Under the pieces are notes generated by a model that saw nothing but the letters and a program-made list of their open reading frames with translations, had not been told where the DNA came from and searched no databases. The translations under genes were made by a program, and so were the position numbers. Positions 26,545-40,900 of a DNA stretch of 64,000 nucleotides are shown here, piece by piece (position 1 is the first letter of the stretch; each line of letters opens with the position of its first letter). This DNA is from Antedon mediterranea (lineage: Eukaryota > Animalia > Echinodermata). The DNA lies in contig NC_092680.1 in assembly GCF_964355755.1 (NCBI RefSeq), forward strand, positions 6,200,001-6,264,000. Reading direction: 5' to 3'.

Positions 26545-26852
26545 ACAAATAATGAATGTTTATGAGTGCAATGGTACAAATAATGGCACGAGGTGAATGA
26601 TGAAAGGTTATATCAACGAGGCAAAGCCGAGTTGATATAACCTTTCATCATTCACCAAGTGCCATTATTTGTACCATTACACGAATACAAAACATTCATT
26701 ATTTGTTTTATATAACATCTAGACGTTTTTTTTCGTACACAAAAATGTTTCAAAAGTACTATTTAACGATCGTTGAATAGTGCGTACTATTGCACGCCAT
26801 GTGACCCACATTCGTCCAATTAAATGACAGGAATTTATATAGGTGTTATATA
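26545..26852 (-). mobile_element. Foldback repeat family F with a long hairpin (26545-26706)
   Basis: Arms of about 73 bp, acaaataatgaatgttt...gaaaggttatatcaac / gttgatataacctttc...aaacattcattatttgt, around gaggcaaagccga. The flank matches the copies at 15978 and 37825. Confidence 0.85.
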
Positions 26853-29800
26853 ATATCTACTAGCTATTGCCAGTACGTCCTTTAAACTACTATTAACGGC
26901 CTGTGTTTCTTTCATGAATATTATTCTATGTACGTTGCTAAGGACCGATTATTTAATGTTTTAGAAGCTTGGATTTTAAATATAATATTAACTCATTTTT
27001 CATCCAACTATAATTTGTTAGAAATACCTTCACAAAGAGTCCAATTATCAACCATACAATTGGAATGAGGAATATTGTTAGACCTATTATAGATTTTTTA
27101 GTTTGAGAAGAAAAAGAATTAAATGCGCACTAAGGTAATATAAAAACCTAATTATGCTAAAAAAAAAAACTACATTTAACAATTACAGGAGTAGGCCTAC
27201 TACTATTTTTGTCATTACATCAAGCTACGTCGTTTGGTAAATGTAATAATAAATCTATCGATTCCTAATTCCGTAACCTTGTCGTCTGTCCATTTTTAAA
27301 TTAAAATTACGCTAAACCTCCTAGCCAATTAAATTCGTAATGTCGCAACTTTAAAGATATATATAAAAAATTTCATAATCTCCGTGAATAAATCTTTCGT
27401 TCGGGACGGTAAACGGCAATTTAACGTATCATAGCTGACGGGAGGACGTAAAATATAGTCTTCATGTTTAATTTGTCTGTGACAATATAGTACCAAAGTA
27501 CAAAATAAACAAAACACTATATCGAGCATCATGTAAGGCCTTCCGGTATTTAGTTTAGTAAGAGCAGTTAAAAAGAAAATTAATGTTTGTAAATTCTCAA
27601 AACGCTCTTGAAGATCACCAGTACACATCGATTGCATGCAGTCATCAAAAGCAAAGCAATATCAACCTTTATACGAAAATAAACTTCTGATATGAAATAC
27701 AAACAGTATTGTTTGTTTCATCCCAGTATCCAATAACATTGGTACCGTTTGCTAGTATTGACGTTGCTTGGTCAGCCTACGGCAACGGACATACTGTATT
27801 ATGATATTGGCAATTGCTTTAAGAGAAATCAAAACATACCAGTAGGCTACAATAAAGCGGTAAGATTTTCCATTAATATTACATTTACATTATGAAAACA
27901 AATAAATGTCACCGGATACAAGATACAAATAGGCTCAACACGATCAGTAAAAAGCATTATTGAAGTTCATAATTTCTTAATCAATGTGATTGTAAAAATT
28001 ATAGTGTGCTTTATTGGGACAATATGAAGTTTTCGCCCGAATACTAATTAAATCTGAACTTCAGCGGTGGATGACGTCAACATTCTTTCAGTTGCATAGC
28101 AGAGACGTTTTTATAGCGAACAGTTGCATTCACAGAATGCTACGAACAATTCTTGTTTTCTTAAAAAAACCTTAACTGCTAAAATGTTGTTATTATTCCA
28201 TGTGTTATTACCGGTCGCCGCGGTTAGCGTTTTTCTACGCTACTTTAGAAACACGGTTAATGACAACGTTCGGAGCTGAAGTTCATGGGCATATCAATAT
28301 GTTTTAAAGGGTGCCGTATATTACGCGTTGCATGTTGGGAAATAACTTTAACGATGTATTGTCCCCAAAAACATGAAAAATAAAGATGATTAAAATCAGA
28401 CTTTAATAAAGTTAATCACTTCCGTAGAAAAAAAATGGAAACAAATAATATCATAAACATGACATAATAAATGGTTAAATTACACCAAAAACTATTGGTT
28501 GCCAGCCAATTTGACTATTTTTTTGCTTTAAATTACAGTTTTTTAGGTATATATATTTTTTCGACCCAATTTTTGGTCAAAGTGGATAACTATTTAGGTG
28601 ACATTCAAATGGAATATTCAACAAAAAAATCTTTAAAGTTTAGGTTTATCGGGAAATAATTTTTCATCAGCCAAATGTGCTCTTCACATTATAGCGTTAT
28701 TTAGCATGAATGGCAGTGTTTATGTTTCTAGCGGATCTAGTTAATTTCTAATGAAAACTAGTTGACTTTTCAATAGAAAAAAAGTAAATTGTTTTCAGCT
28801 TTGGTCTAATATTTCAAATGCCATTCTTGAACAATCTATCTACCTTAATGTGCATTATTATTCCACATAAAATTTATAAAATGAATACAGAAATACAAAT
28901 GTTATTACACGCGAGGCCTCGAGGGAAGTTAATACCCGTAAGTGGCAATTTCTAAGGAGTGAAATACAGCTTTACGACACTAAACACAATACAATATTCT
29001 CGTAAATATTTCTTTAGCAATTTCAAATTGCTAACATAGATACCCTAGTAATAACAACAAAAGAAACAAAAACACAAATGACGACCATTTTAATTCATAT
29101 TATTGGTATAACTAAATTATTTACTTGGTTTCCATAGCAATTGATTGATCAAACGCGGTTTATTTTGTGCTAATCGAGTGCTTTACAATACACCTGAATA
29201 AGGTTCCTGTTAAACATTAGACCTAATAACATGTTTCAATTTTGTGCACTCTCCATTAACCAATCAAAACTATCGTCAATGAAATGAAAATAATTTGTGT
29301 AGTTGTTAGTAGCAATTTGTGCAATCGTTTGAAGGGTTCCTTTTGTTGTTTTCAATTTTCTCTTCTGTATCTATCGTCTGCCGTCTGCGCATTGCTACCG
29401 CTATTTTTAATGTAAAAAGAAAGATACGGTTTTCGGTTTTAGCTCCTCTTCCTACCGGCTACTGTTGTATATTAGTATAGTCTGAATTTGAACTAGACAA
29501 TACTTCTTCTTTGGAGTCACTCTAAAAAGAGTTTGACTGCCATTTCCAGCTCTGAACAATCACTAATTATTTCATTATTAAAATACGTATACAAGGAACA
29601 GGAACTCCCTAAAATTCCAACACAAGCGATAATTATGAAACAACATACTGTAGATGAGAAATCGTTTAAGATATCCCCGTGTTTATTATTAGACCACTTG
29701 GACTATTATGTGAGGTGAAGTCTCGGTTATACGAACGCACAAAATGAAACTGTATTTATGAAGTTATCGCACTATAGATGGCGCTAATGAATCTTACTTT

Positions 29801-30595
29801 TAGGTACTACATATATTTTCATTGAAACGCGCATTGAGTGGCGTTTTCATAAAAAGGGGAAAGCGAGAGCGAAGATATATCATTATTTAGACCATTTTGA
29901 ATACACGCCGTTTATGACCGAACGAATCGTTTGTTGATTCTACGGATCTATTCAATTTTTGTAAAGGATATTGCTTATTACCAAAACGCGACGTTTTTGA
30001 CCTTCAAAAATATAGAAACAAATTATAAAACATACTAATGCTATTTTACATAAAAATCGATTATCATTGACCAAAACAATGTACAGTAAATTGAAGCTAT
30101 TTTATTTCTCACGCATGCTCATAAGTTGGCTACTTTTTAATTATCGTCATGGGTTATGAGTCAACAAAGTTGTGTTTCTAAAGCTGTTGGTTATTAGTAT
30201 GTAATGTATTTATTGTACTTTTTATATTTTGTTTAGCTTTAGACAACAGAAATTGGTTATGAGTGGAAATAGAAATTAGTTCTAAAGATGCTTTTACAAA
30301 TTCTGTAGCAAAAAGGCGGGAACATTGCATCGAGACTTAAGTTAATTTAAAATGTATTCAATTTCTATAAAAATAAGAAAGAAAAATACAATTTGAAGAA
30401 TCAACTGGGAAAGACAGGCCTTAAGACCATTTCAAGATAGATTAATGTTATATACTTTATGCATTTGTATTAGATTATGCTAATTATATATGAAAACCTG
30501 GTGGTGAGAGGATTGTGAAAACGCTTAAGCTAAAAGGAAATGTTTACATTAAACCTCAGTTTGGAATATTAATGTTTAACATTCTTTCATTACTT

Positions 30596-30979
30596 GAGTG
30601 TGACCGAGCGGTTAAGACAGTGGAACCATATCCATAACATCGGCAAGAGTTCGAGACTCACTCGCTCCATGGTTCTGGTGGTAGAACAAGTCTTCTCGAA
30701 TAAGAACTATAAACCGTAGGTCCAGTGTCCATTAGGCTCATGTGCACTTTAAAGAACCAGTACATCTTTTCGAGATTAGTAGGGGGTTACCCCGGTGTAC
30801 TAGTTCATACACACACACTGTCGTGGACAGACGTAAAGGCTGCCGATGATACGATGAGACACTTAGGGGAGAAGAATGTTGTTGAAAAGGTGTAACATTT
30901 TAGTCTACAGCGCCTTTGATTACTTGTTGCTGGAATTGGCGCTTTACAAATTCGTATATATTATTATATATTATTATTA
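30596..30979 (+). mobile_element. tRNA-derived SINE with a Deu/Nin-domain core and an L2-type 3' tail
   Basis: A-box TGACCGAGCGG and B-box GTTCGAGAC. Core cttctcgaataagaactataaaccgtaggtcc...cactttaaagaacc..cttttcgagattagtagggggttaccccggtgt resembles the DeuSINE/AmnSINE core as I recall it. Tail agcgcctttg...ggcgctttacaaat plus (TAT)n. Confidence 0.8.
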
Positions 30980-33900
30980 CTTACATAGTTATAAAACGAA
31001 TTGAACGATAATAAAAAGAAATTTACGCTATTTCAGTTTCGTCATTTTTACTTTGAATAAAATACCGTTACTCATTTCTGATAATGTGTGTTACAAATGT
31101 AAAAGCTTATTCGCATGCATAGAAAAATACAATATTTGTCTAAATTATTATGATAACTGCTTTAACAAGGCCAAACATTTCTTCAGAAATGAAATACCTG
31201 AGCAGACGAGCAGAACATTAAAACAATGTGTTTTAGTATCTAGTTTCTTTTCTGTAATTTCAGTTGCTTTTCAAATTCTGAAACATGATCAAATTCGCGT
31301 TCAGATAATTTAAAATAAATTTAAAATCCAGTACGATGTAATAAAGTAAAAGAAATGTAATCTGATTAAAATCTACTTCTGCTTAGAATACTACTGATAC
31401 AACCATATATAATACATTTATTTCAGTATTAATAATTGTTTATTGACATACTTGATATTAATAAACGTATATATCACTTTTATATTGGTATTTCCCAGCG
31501 ACATTATTTTATTTTAGGTCGACAATACTGTCATGGATCGAAAGTTTGTTCCGTTTTGGCGCAATTATCGAATTATTAATAAAGGCCACAATAAAATTAA
31601 TACCAATCCTATTAAGTCCTATTTATTTATTTTTGTACACTTTATCACAGTTTATAATAGTGGATCGTAGATATACAGTACAGATAGAAAATACAAATTA
31701 TTAACAATTAAAAAGGCAAAAGAAGAATTAAATGGAATTTATTTGTTCCTCCAATTTTGGTTGTCAAATTGTTTTGAAAATTATTCGCTGCCGTAATATT
31801 ACGGTATAAACATGTTCTTTCACTATAATAGCAGCACATATTAATAAAATCAAGTGTAAATTGTATAAAATAAGCTACCTAACTCATATAGAAAAATAAT
31901 TAAACCTTATATATAATGTTTTTATTAACTATGCCTATTATTGAAATAACAAATGGATTTGTATCATATTCTAGTGGTGACCATGGAAACCATACATTTT
32001 AACAAAAACTGTGTTGCCTAAAAAGCTTTATCATTATATCTGCTAATTTTAAAATGCTCAATACGTCAACATCTTTTTACTCTAACATAAAAAAATCAAA
32101 CTGCAAGCATAAACCTTTATATATCTATATGTTTTATAATCACAACATGTGTATTATTTCGTGGATAAGAATAAAAGTGATTTTAAAACGCCTAATAAAT
32201 GATTTAAAGTCTGATCACCGTATTTAATATGCAACGCACACAATCGACGCGATTGGACATTAAAAGTGAAAGACCCACAGTACAAAGTGTACCAACATCG
32301 CCCACGTAGCAAAAGAACATCTCAAAGGCATCTCAATAGACCACATAAACAAGTCACATGAGCGAATTGAGATGTTGCTACTTACAATTTTCAGTATAAA
32401 GAGTTCATTAGATGTTTACGACTATAATTTTCTTATTTTAAATCGAGATGGTATTCTGTAAACATAAGGTATGCAATTTTCACTGCTCTTATGTTTTTGC
32501 ACAAACAGACAGTTTATAGGCATAATAATGTAAACATTACTGCTCAGTTAATTAACCTAATGCGTTATAACGTCTTTTTAAGAACTAGATTGTATTTCAA
32601 TTTAAAAACAGAAAAATATGTAGGACTCAGCGCCCTCTGAAGTTAGCATCAAAAAGCTGAACACGACAATCAATGAGGCTGGGGACGCTTTAGCATAGAA
32701 ACATTGTTTTTTTTCTCTGAAATAATTGGGTCAATAGGTTCTAAAAGGTTTTAAAAGTATAAATATTTTGTTTATTCCAGTTTTTTTGGAGCGCAATTGG
32801 ATGCTAAATAGCCTAATAGCTATAGCCCTGATTATCGCGATCAGTCATTTTACAATATTGTAAGTGTAATAAGGGAAGAGTGAAATTATTCACCAATTAG
32901 TGTTGGGTTTTTGTAATGTTATTGACAACCACAAGGCAGGGGAATATATTCCTTCATTGCGTCACTATAAGATGACATCTTTAATATGTGACCATCAAAC
33001 ACTAAATGATAGGCAAATCCAGGGGGAAATAATGGGTTTCTTCAAAAGTCTTGCGGGAATCTCAATCTTTATATTTCGATACTTACTTTAATTAAATTTT
33101 AATTCTATACCCTTGGTCGTAACAACTCATCATTACCGTTTATATTTTTAGCTACAATGTAACGGAAAGAAAGAGCAACACTACTTTAATAAATAACGGG
33201 GAACAGTAAATTAGAAGATACGGCAATTGCCGTGAACAGAATTCGGAATCTTTCCTTTAATCTTTCTTTATATACTTATAGTTCGGATTAAATGCAATCC
33301 ATAGTGTGATGGAACATAGTACCAGTTCCACGCAAGTACAATGTCTATAATGGTTTACCAAGATGTTTCTCTTTTAGAAAAGAAAGAGAAAAACTCAAAA
33401 TCGGCCACAACATAACTCGTTTTCTTCCTGTACTTTTACACGTGTTTAGTCAAAAGGAAGAATAGCGATATCAATATTAATGGAGTTAGAAATCAATGAA
33501 TGAGGCAGAGAGTTTTTGTTAGAAGCGTAAGTGTGATTTACAGATTCATATAAACAAACTGTAAGACAGGGACGGATGTCGAAATAAGAGGAGGGGAAGG
33601 GGGAACAAGGGAATAGTTTCGTCAACTTAATTTTGTTATGGCGGTTCCGAAAAGCATCTCACGACGGGTTAAGTGCTAAAGATGCCACATCCCTGTGATT
33701 AGATTTTACGAAAGAACATTATCTATCAATCACCATATCTATTAAAATGAACTTGAAATGCAACGCATGTCTTTTCCAATATTAATATAAATTGTCAGCC
33801 GACCTTGGAAGCATACCCCTTTAAATAAATCTATTTGAAATATAAAAAAAACAACGTTCATCGTAAACATGATGGACTGTAAATTAATGACATTCTCCAC

Positions 33901-34755
33901 AGCAGTAGTTTCAATCGAAGGATGAATAGTATTCTTGGGAAATTATGAGTGAACACATTATGTACAGATAAAATGGTTAAAATGATTCTCCATTCAATGA
34001 TTTACAGTAAAAACAACACTATCTCTTCTTAAGACCAATCGTTGTAATCTTTGACCCTACCACGAAGAAGTCACTGCGTGAAACTAATAAATAATCTATT
34101 AAAACGTATGCGAAAATATCATGGAAATAATAATAATCAGAAAATAACATGAACAAATCTAAATTAAAAATTCGCACAAAATTCTATGATTATACGATGA
34201 GTCAAGCAATTATAAATTAACTAAAATATTATATATCAACCTTTTTTAACGAAAGAAAAATTAAAAGAAAAATTCTAAAACGTTTCTTAAAAATTATTAT
34301 TTATTTAAATTATATAAATCTTTGCAGTACTAACTTGTTAATATGGTCTATTAAGAATAATACATGTACAATAAATCAATGATTGAAAACAAAAATATAT
34401 GTATAATGAATAAGTATGTGTGTGTGTGGGTGTGTGTATGTTATTAATATACATATCATTATGCCAGGGAAAACTCTTCAGTGATTATACAATATACGGT
34501 ACAATACATGCTGGTTAAGCTATGTGGAATTAGCAAATCAAATACTGTAGTCAACACGTTACAAAAACAACATAAATAATTCCCTGTGTTTTGTACGTGA
34601 ATGATGTGACAGCTACGAAACAATATTAATGTATAATACAACATATAAAATATGTTATTCTTTGATAAAAAAAAAAAAAATAAGAGAATGAATAAGTGGA
34701 GTAATACCCACAAAGAATAGTTACATTTTGTGTTAAACAAATAAATTAAAAAATA

Positions 34756-34884
34756 AAACAAGGCCATATAGGTGGCTGCAGTCGCGTGCTCAAGTTAGTG
34801 TTTACCGACCAACCGACCAACCAACCGACCGACCGACCAACCGACCGACATAGTGAGCTGTAGAGTCGCGTTGCACGCGACTAA
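34756..34884 (-). mobile_element. HINE/DINE-1-like Helentron-associated element, full length
   Basis: Minus strand: ttagtcgcgtgcaacgcgact (5' subTIR plus inverted repeat), (GTCG/GTTG)n microsatellite, 3' subTIR gcacgcgact, 3' hairpin gcca-cctata-tggc, then cttgttt. Sits in a T-rich site. Confidence 0.8.
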
Positions 34885-35512
34885 TAAACAAAAAATGTTC
34901 ACATTTTACTATGTCTGCAGCCAACAGCACGAAAGACAAGCAAACAATTATACGTTAATTAGTTGAAATTAAACAGTAACTGACGTTGTTTTGGAAAGGT
35001 TGGCTGACGATGATTAACTATGTTGTTGACCATTGTTGAATGCCAAACACACTAAACCTGAGATCGATCAAACGGCGTTTATGCAACATTTTCAATATTT
35101 AGTTAACGACACTAACTGATCACTGTACTTTGCATTAGGATGGGTACGTGGAAAGGTGATAAATTATCATCTAGCAACTACGAGCAGTAATAGAAAATAA
35201 TTTTTTTCAGAAATCGATAACCATCAAATAGCATGATTTGTCGTAAAAGGCGTACCGTAATTATCGGTGACTTCACAAAGTCGAGTCTTCGACAGTTTTT
35301 GGCTGCCAATAAGGTCGGAGTACGGTGTACATATGTGTAAATACACGCGTTTAACTCGAGTGCGACTCTAAAACATATTAACCCATAGCATAGCATAGCC
35401 GATTAAGATCTGATAATGATAATTAATACAGTATATCAGGAGGGTAAACTTGATATTAGGTATAACTATAATTATTGTCGTGTTTACAGACTGTTTTAAG
35501 TAGGCATGGTGA

Positions 35513-35707
35513 CAGTGGCGTAAAGCATAGGCATGATGCCCCTGGTTTAGAAACCCCAGGCGGCTCTCTAATGCTGGAGGCCTCGGACGTTTTTAGGCCT
35601 TTTCGACATTTAATGCCTGTTTTTTCCGCTGGACACTGTTCAGGTGCATAAGCTCAGGACCCCAGGGTTTAGCCAGTGAGCGCTCACCCTAACCCTAACC
35701 CCACTGC
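35513..35707. mobile_element. Possible decayed hAT-type MITE
   Basis: GC-rich island bounded by cagtggcg...cccactg. Target duplication is imperfect. Confidence 0.3.
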
Positions 35708-36839
35708 ATATAGTGACAGTGTAATAAAAACAATTCCTTCAATGTACTCCATTTCTCCCATAATTATCTAACAATAAAAATATTTTTTCTATAAAGTGCA
35801 TTTGTACGATAGTTTTTCTAATTTACAGTACATGTGAATTATGCAATTGGCCTAGTAATTATAATGTTGCCAAATAGTTTGTTTTGAATATTACGGGTAA
35901 TTGTGACATGTAATTCTGTCAGATACTACAATATGAGTACTATCTAAAAGCAGCTAACATTTTTTATTTAATTTAGTGCAGCCTATAATATGCTAAATTG
36001 TTACTACTTTTTCCTCTCAGAATGATTGCGTTATCTTGGTCATGGAATTTAAAGTACCTATACTAAGATACACTATAGATTGTGGTGGTGGCGTTGGTAA
36101 ATTAAGTAGGCTTCCTTGGAACTAATTACCTTTTCTTGGTATAGGCTATCTAAGTTATATACAAATAACTACAGTACGTTGTATACATACCTTTACTATT
36201 GCCTGGTGTGATCACAGTACTTTAACGTCCAGAGATAGCGACACAATCATGTGCTTCTTCCCTTGATTGGAAATGACACGGACAGTTAGTGCTTTCCTCC
36301 TGAAAGGTACTAAGTATTAAATGCAAAAACACTGGCTCATTCTTCTTAGCATAGGTTCTTCATCACGTATAACACGCCCACGCGCTAACGGTCCAACCAA
36401 TGTATATAATCACAGCAGTATTAACTAAAATCTACGGTAAGTACTTCAAAAAATAATAACATACGTTTATTTTTTTTATGATTTATATCTCCTGTAAACT
36501 GTTGGACTATCTGAAGAAGTCAATGATCTATGAGTATAACACCGTTCCATAGGTAATTATAATTAATCTAAAATCTTCTGAAAAGTCCTTCCAAGCTAAA
36601 AGATACACCAATATCTTACTGTAAAAATTCTATAAAATTAAGTAAATGCACTAATATTTTATTGTTTAATAAACTATGTTGCCCACTTACTGATTAAAAC
36701 TAAGGATTATGATTAAGTTCCAGAATAAAATTGTCGAAACAATTACATTCCTAATTATAAACCATTCCATAATTAAAATCGTATAGTTAACTTTAACAAG
36801 ACGCCTGGCCAACATAAAACAGTTTAATACTCGTAACAT

Positions 36840-37083
36840 CGGAACAAACGAACTCAGAATACCTAGATTTGCCAAGTACTACCATCATATTTGTAAACTG
36901 AATACAGGCAGGAACATGTGATTGATACACATAAGATTCTGTATTATGGGATCGAGTTTAATGCACACATACCACCGGAACAAACGAACTCAGAATACCT
37001 AGATTTATCAAGAACCATCATCATCATGTAAACTGAATACAGGCAGGAACATATGGTACACATAAGATGCTGTATTCTTGGAT
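36840..37083 (+). repeat. Tandem duplication, about 136-bp period x2
   Basis: cggaacaaacgaactcagaatacctagattt...gtaaactgaatacaggcaggaacat...acacataagat at 36840 and 36976. Confidence 0.9.
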
Positions 37084-37084
37084 T

Positions 37085-37251
37085 TTTCTACGATACACTG
37101 GGACAATGGTCCTTGACCACATGTTTATCTGTACATTCATTTTGGTAAAGACCTTGTAATTACTTTTTGAGTAATCCTGCTAACAAACAAACAAACAAAC
37201 AGACAAACAAACACACGCGATCGATTACATATACCTCCTTGGCGGAGGTAA
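37085..37251 (-). mobile_element. Second HINE/Helentron-associated family (5' end)
   Basis: Minus strand: ttacctccgccaaggaggtatatg hairpin, then (TTTG)n, then ttagcaggattactcaaaaagtaat. This is a typical HINE 5' layout. Confidence 0.7.
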
Positions 37252-37824
37252 AATATAGAGCAATGACCGGAATTGTATTAATTGTTTCTTAAACTATTTT
37301 ATTGATAAATCTAACGGCGGTCAATAACGTGATTGAATTCAATCTTTGTATTTCAATTTCATGACACCAAGTGCATTCATTAATCTTAAATAACAAGCTG
37401 ACAACATGAAACAAACTAGGTTAATGCTCTTACAGATTACAGGATTATACACTGTAATTAGAAACTAAAAAATGCTACAAGTTGCAGAATAGTACTATCT
37501 GATTGATTTATTTTAATATGTTCTTCCTCAACTTATGTTTTGAAATCACAATACTTTCTGTTAATGTATAGTGGTATATGTGGTTATACAGGTAATGAAT
37601 GTTCCACCATTGCATAAACAACTGCTAATTATTTATTTTATGAGCAAGTCTTAATGGTATATGAAAGTTCATGTAAAAGCACATCTAAGAAGACAGGAGT
37701 TAAGTGTGTATCTTGATAAAGTTAATGATTAAAATCGATGACGCGTCTTAATCTTGTTCAAACAATGTGCTAAAGTGTTCCGAACGCGTTGATTTGAATA
37801 CAACTCGGAGTTATAATAGAATAT

Positions 37825-37955
37825 TATATAAAACCTAAATAAATTACTGTCATTTGATTGGACGATTGTGGGTCACACATGGCGTTCAATAGTATGTACT
37901 ATTATATTATCGTGTGTGGTAGTACTTTAAAACATTTGTTTTTACAAAAAACAAA
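37825..37955 (+). mobile_element. Family F fragment
   Basis: tatataaaacctaaataaattactgtcatttgattggacgattgtgggtcaca matches the 15978 copy. Confidence 0.75.
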
Positions 37956-40900
37956 TCTTTTCGCGCACGAAAAAAAATCCCCGTAAAATCCAATATCATC
38001 ACCGCCTGCAACGCGGTGTGTATATAGTATTATTCTGTCACTCGGGCATTCATTTCTTTTATACTAATAATAACTCTTCGAATGCAACTTTAAAGCATAT
38101 GGTAATATCCAGACTAAAAAAGTTTGTGATCAAACCTTCAAATAAAATTAACTACTGTAACAGCACCATCAATTTGATTAAAAGTTTGACTTTATTTCTT
38201 CTGTAAAATTAAAATCACAATCCGAGACCAAGATTTTACATCCGAATAATATCAGGAATAAAAACAAATTTACTACAGTCTTTACTATCGTGAATAAATA
38301 AACTAAAAATGTAAAGTAATATTGGTAACGTAGATTGATAAAATAAATAAAATGTATTCTAAATTTGAATAACATCTATATCAATAGCTCGTATTGATTC
38401 TAATCTACTTTTCCAGACAATTGCTAATAGAAATGTAAATTTATAAAGTAGAATTTACAACAGAAACCAACACTTAAAATCTTCCGGCGATAAAAAAAAA
38501 TCAATGGATATGATTGTTGGAATGATTGATATTTCAGCAACTGCAGCCGTGATGTATAGAATTAATTAGAAGATTATAGCCCACTGCACTTAAAATGTTG
38601 TGAATATTCAACAATGCAGGAAGTATTACAATACAATATTAACATCACAACACATAGAGTAGACTACTATAACATGATTGTTTTTCTTGTATTAGCAATT
38701 CAAGTATTGGCAGCTAGTTGCCAGTATATTTATGATTTGTAATTATAATATTGAGCCACAGATTGTTAACGGATTGAAATCAAATTTAGGATTAAGTATT
38801 TGGCTAAATCGATAACACTAATGGTCTACCAACATCTCCAGGCAAAAACAAAGATCAATACTCAAAACTAGAAATTTAGAATATACGAACATACGTAACA
38901 ATGCGGTAAAGTGACGCAAGTATCGAAAAGGTTCTCGTCTTGTGATGTATGTGATCATCGCCACGGGTGCGTAGTGATGGGTTAGGCTTACGGCATAACA
39001 TAAAAAAAAACATATGAAAATAGGTCACCGTATACAGTGTATACTATAGTATACAGTAGTATATTTCATGTAGAATATTTAAGCTAACTTTTAGAGTTTG
39101 CAGAAAAAAAAGTGTTATAGCTTGCTCCTCATGGCCTGGTATGATTTTTATATTGGACCTTCCAACTACAAAAATATATCACTGATAAATAAAGTGAAAT
39201 GAAATAAATACCAAAATGTATATCGTATAACAAATATATTTGACTTTGAATGAAATTACGTCATGTTCCAAAGCATAGGGAAGGGTGTTTATAATTCTAC
39301 TTCCAATTACCAATATGCTTTTTAATCTCTGGTAAATAAGCACGAATCCTAACTAATGTTCATAATATTGATAGTATCTTGGTAGTCTGTAAGTGGGCAT
39401 TACAATGTACTTTGACTTCAACAACGATTTACCGTACATTACCGTCCTAGGCAGAGCCGTAATTAGTAAAAAAAAAAGACACTTTAGGTTGTTTCTTTCC
39501 GATTATTTTCCAAGTTTATTAGATTTAACTTATAAATTATATAATTCATCGATATAGTAAATAACATAAGAAAAATGACAAACAGCATGTTATTTTAGAA
39601 ATAGCATCATCTGCATTAAGGTTCAATTTAGTAGCGCAAATACATAAACCTCTCCAATCCATGTTTTAGATGAGGCCATCAAGATTATGTTTGATTACTT
39701 TATCAATGAACTGATAGCGGTTAAATTGAACATTATAAAACAATAAATACCTGGCAAGAATTTTAATCACAAAACAGGAATATTTATCCACACTCATGTC
39801 AGTTTTAGACAACAAAATATCGATAATACTTAGCTATATTACGTTTTATTGTTGTCAATAAAAAGACATTTACAAAAAATAATGACATTTTATATGAATG
39901 AGTTGACGTTAAGCATTGACATAAAAGTACTTGAGTGTGGCTTACTGCGTTCTTGAACATCCAATGTCTTACAAATCTAGCCAATTGTAGTCTGTGCATT
40001 TTGTTTGATTTGAATTTTAAAGGTTCTGACAATTCCCAGTGTTTATCAAGAAAAATAACTTCAATTTTGAACCTTTTCGTACGCCTTGTCCTTCAATTTT
40101 ATAGCTTATAATCTTTAATGAAACAGTTGACCTTTCCAAAGGGTTTAATGATAGATAGATATTGTTTTAAAATTATAGTATGTTTCTAAAATGTTACTTT
40201 AAATACTTTAGATGCGTTTGAATACTTTTGGAAACAATGTGCAATTATGCTATATTTATTTTCTTTGTATATTTACAGTTTTGTATTTCACCCTATGTAT
40301 TTAACTTCTCTAATGTTTCTAGAGTGATGGCGCTAGTTACACTTCGTTATGCATAATTATTTTATACGAATTGTTACGTACAGGTATACGTATGTTAACA
40401 ATACGAAATACAATACAGATTCCCCAATTGTTTAGTTCTGGTACAGGTGGATCGACATCGCTGTCTATTATAAATCGTTCATTTCCTTACTTTGTTTTTG
40501 TACGTGTAAATATTGGACGGCATAGCATCTTATATCTATATTATAATCCTGCTAAATGTATGGCGTGTTCCATATTTCCATTACTGTTAAAATGTTGTGA
40601 ATATCAATTTTGACCTACTTTTTTAGTTACATGAAAATATGTTGATGATTGACTTCCATGATATAAACATAGATGCAGTTCGTACCCCTACATGTTTGCC
40701 ATGGGTTTGCACAAAGTAATTTGGGTTTTACATGGTAGTTAAAGAAAACAAAACAGAATGCCAGACATACATACCTCAATGAATTCAATAGCGTAGAATT
40801 TTGCACGGCTGATCTTTCTGAAAATCTCTACGGAAATAAAGCAGTGTGACGAAATAAAATAATAGATATAACAATAGGCCTACAATTATTAAGAGAACTA

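Noticed and set aside
28328-28720. Kolobok-like element start (ttaacgatgtattgtcccc)
   Set aside because: Only one putative end was seen. No matching TIR or second copy in the window.
30596-30675. Genuine tRNA gene
   Set aside because: A and B boxes are present, but there is no proper cloverleaf and it continues into a SINE core and tail.
34459-34767. 102-aa hydrophobic ORF, and similar F/L/I/Y-rich short ORFs throughout the track
   Set aside because: Composition simply reflects A/T-rich non-coding DNA, and many overlap repeats.
35686-35701. Telomeric (CCCTAA)n repeat
   Set aside because: Only about 2.5 units, within a probable TE. Not an interstitial telomere array.
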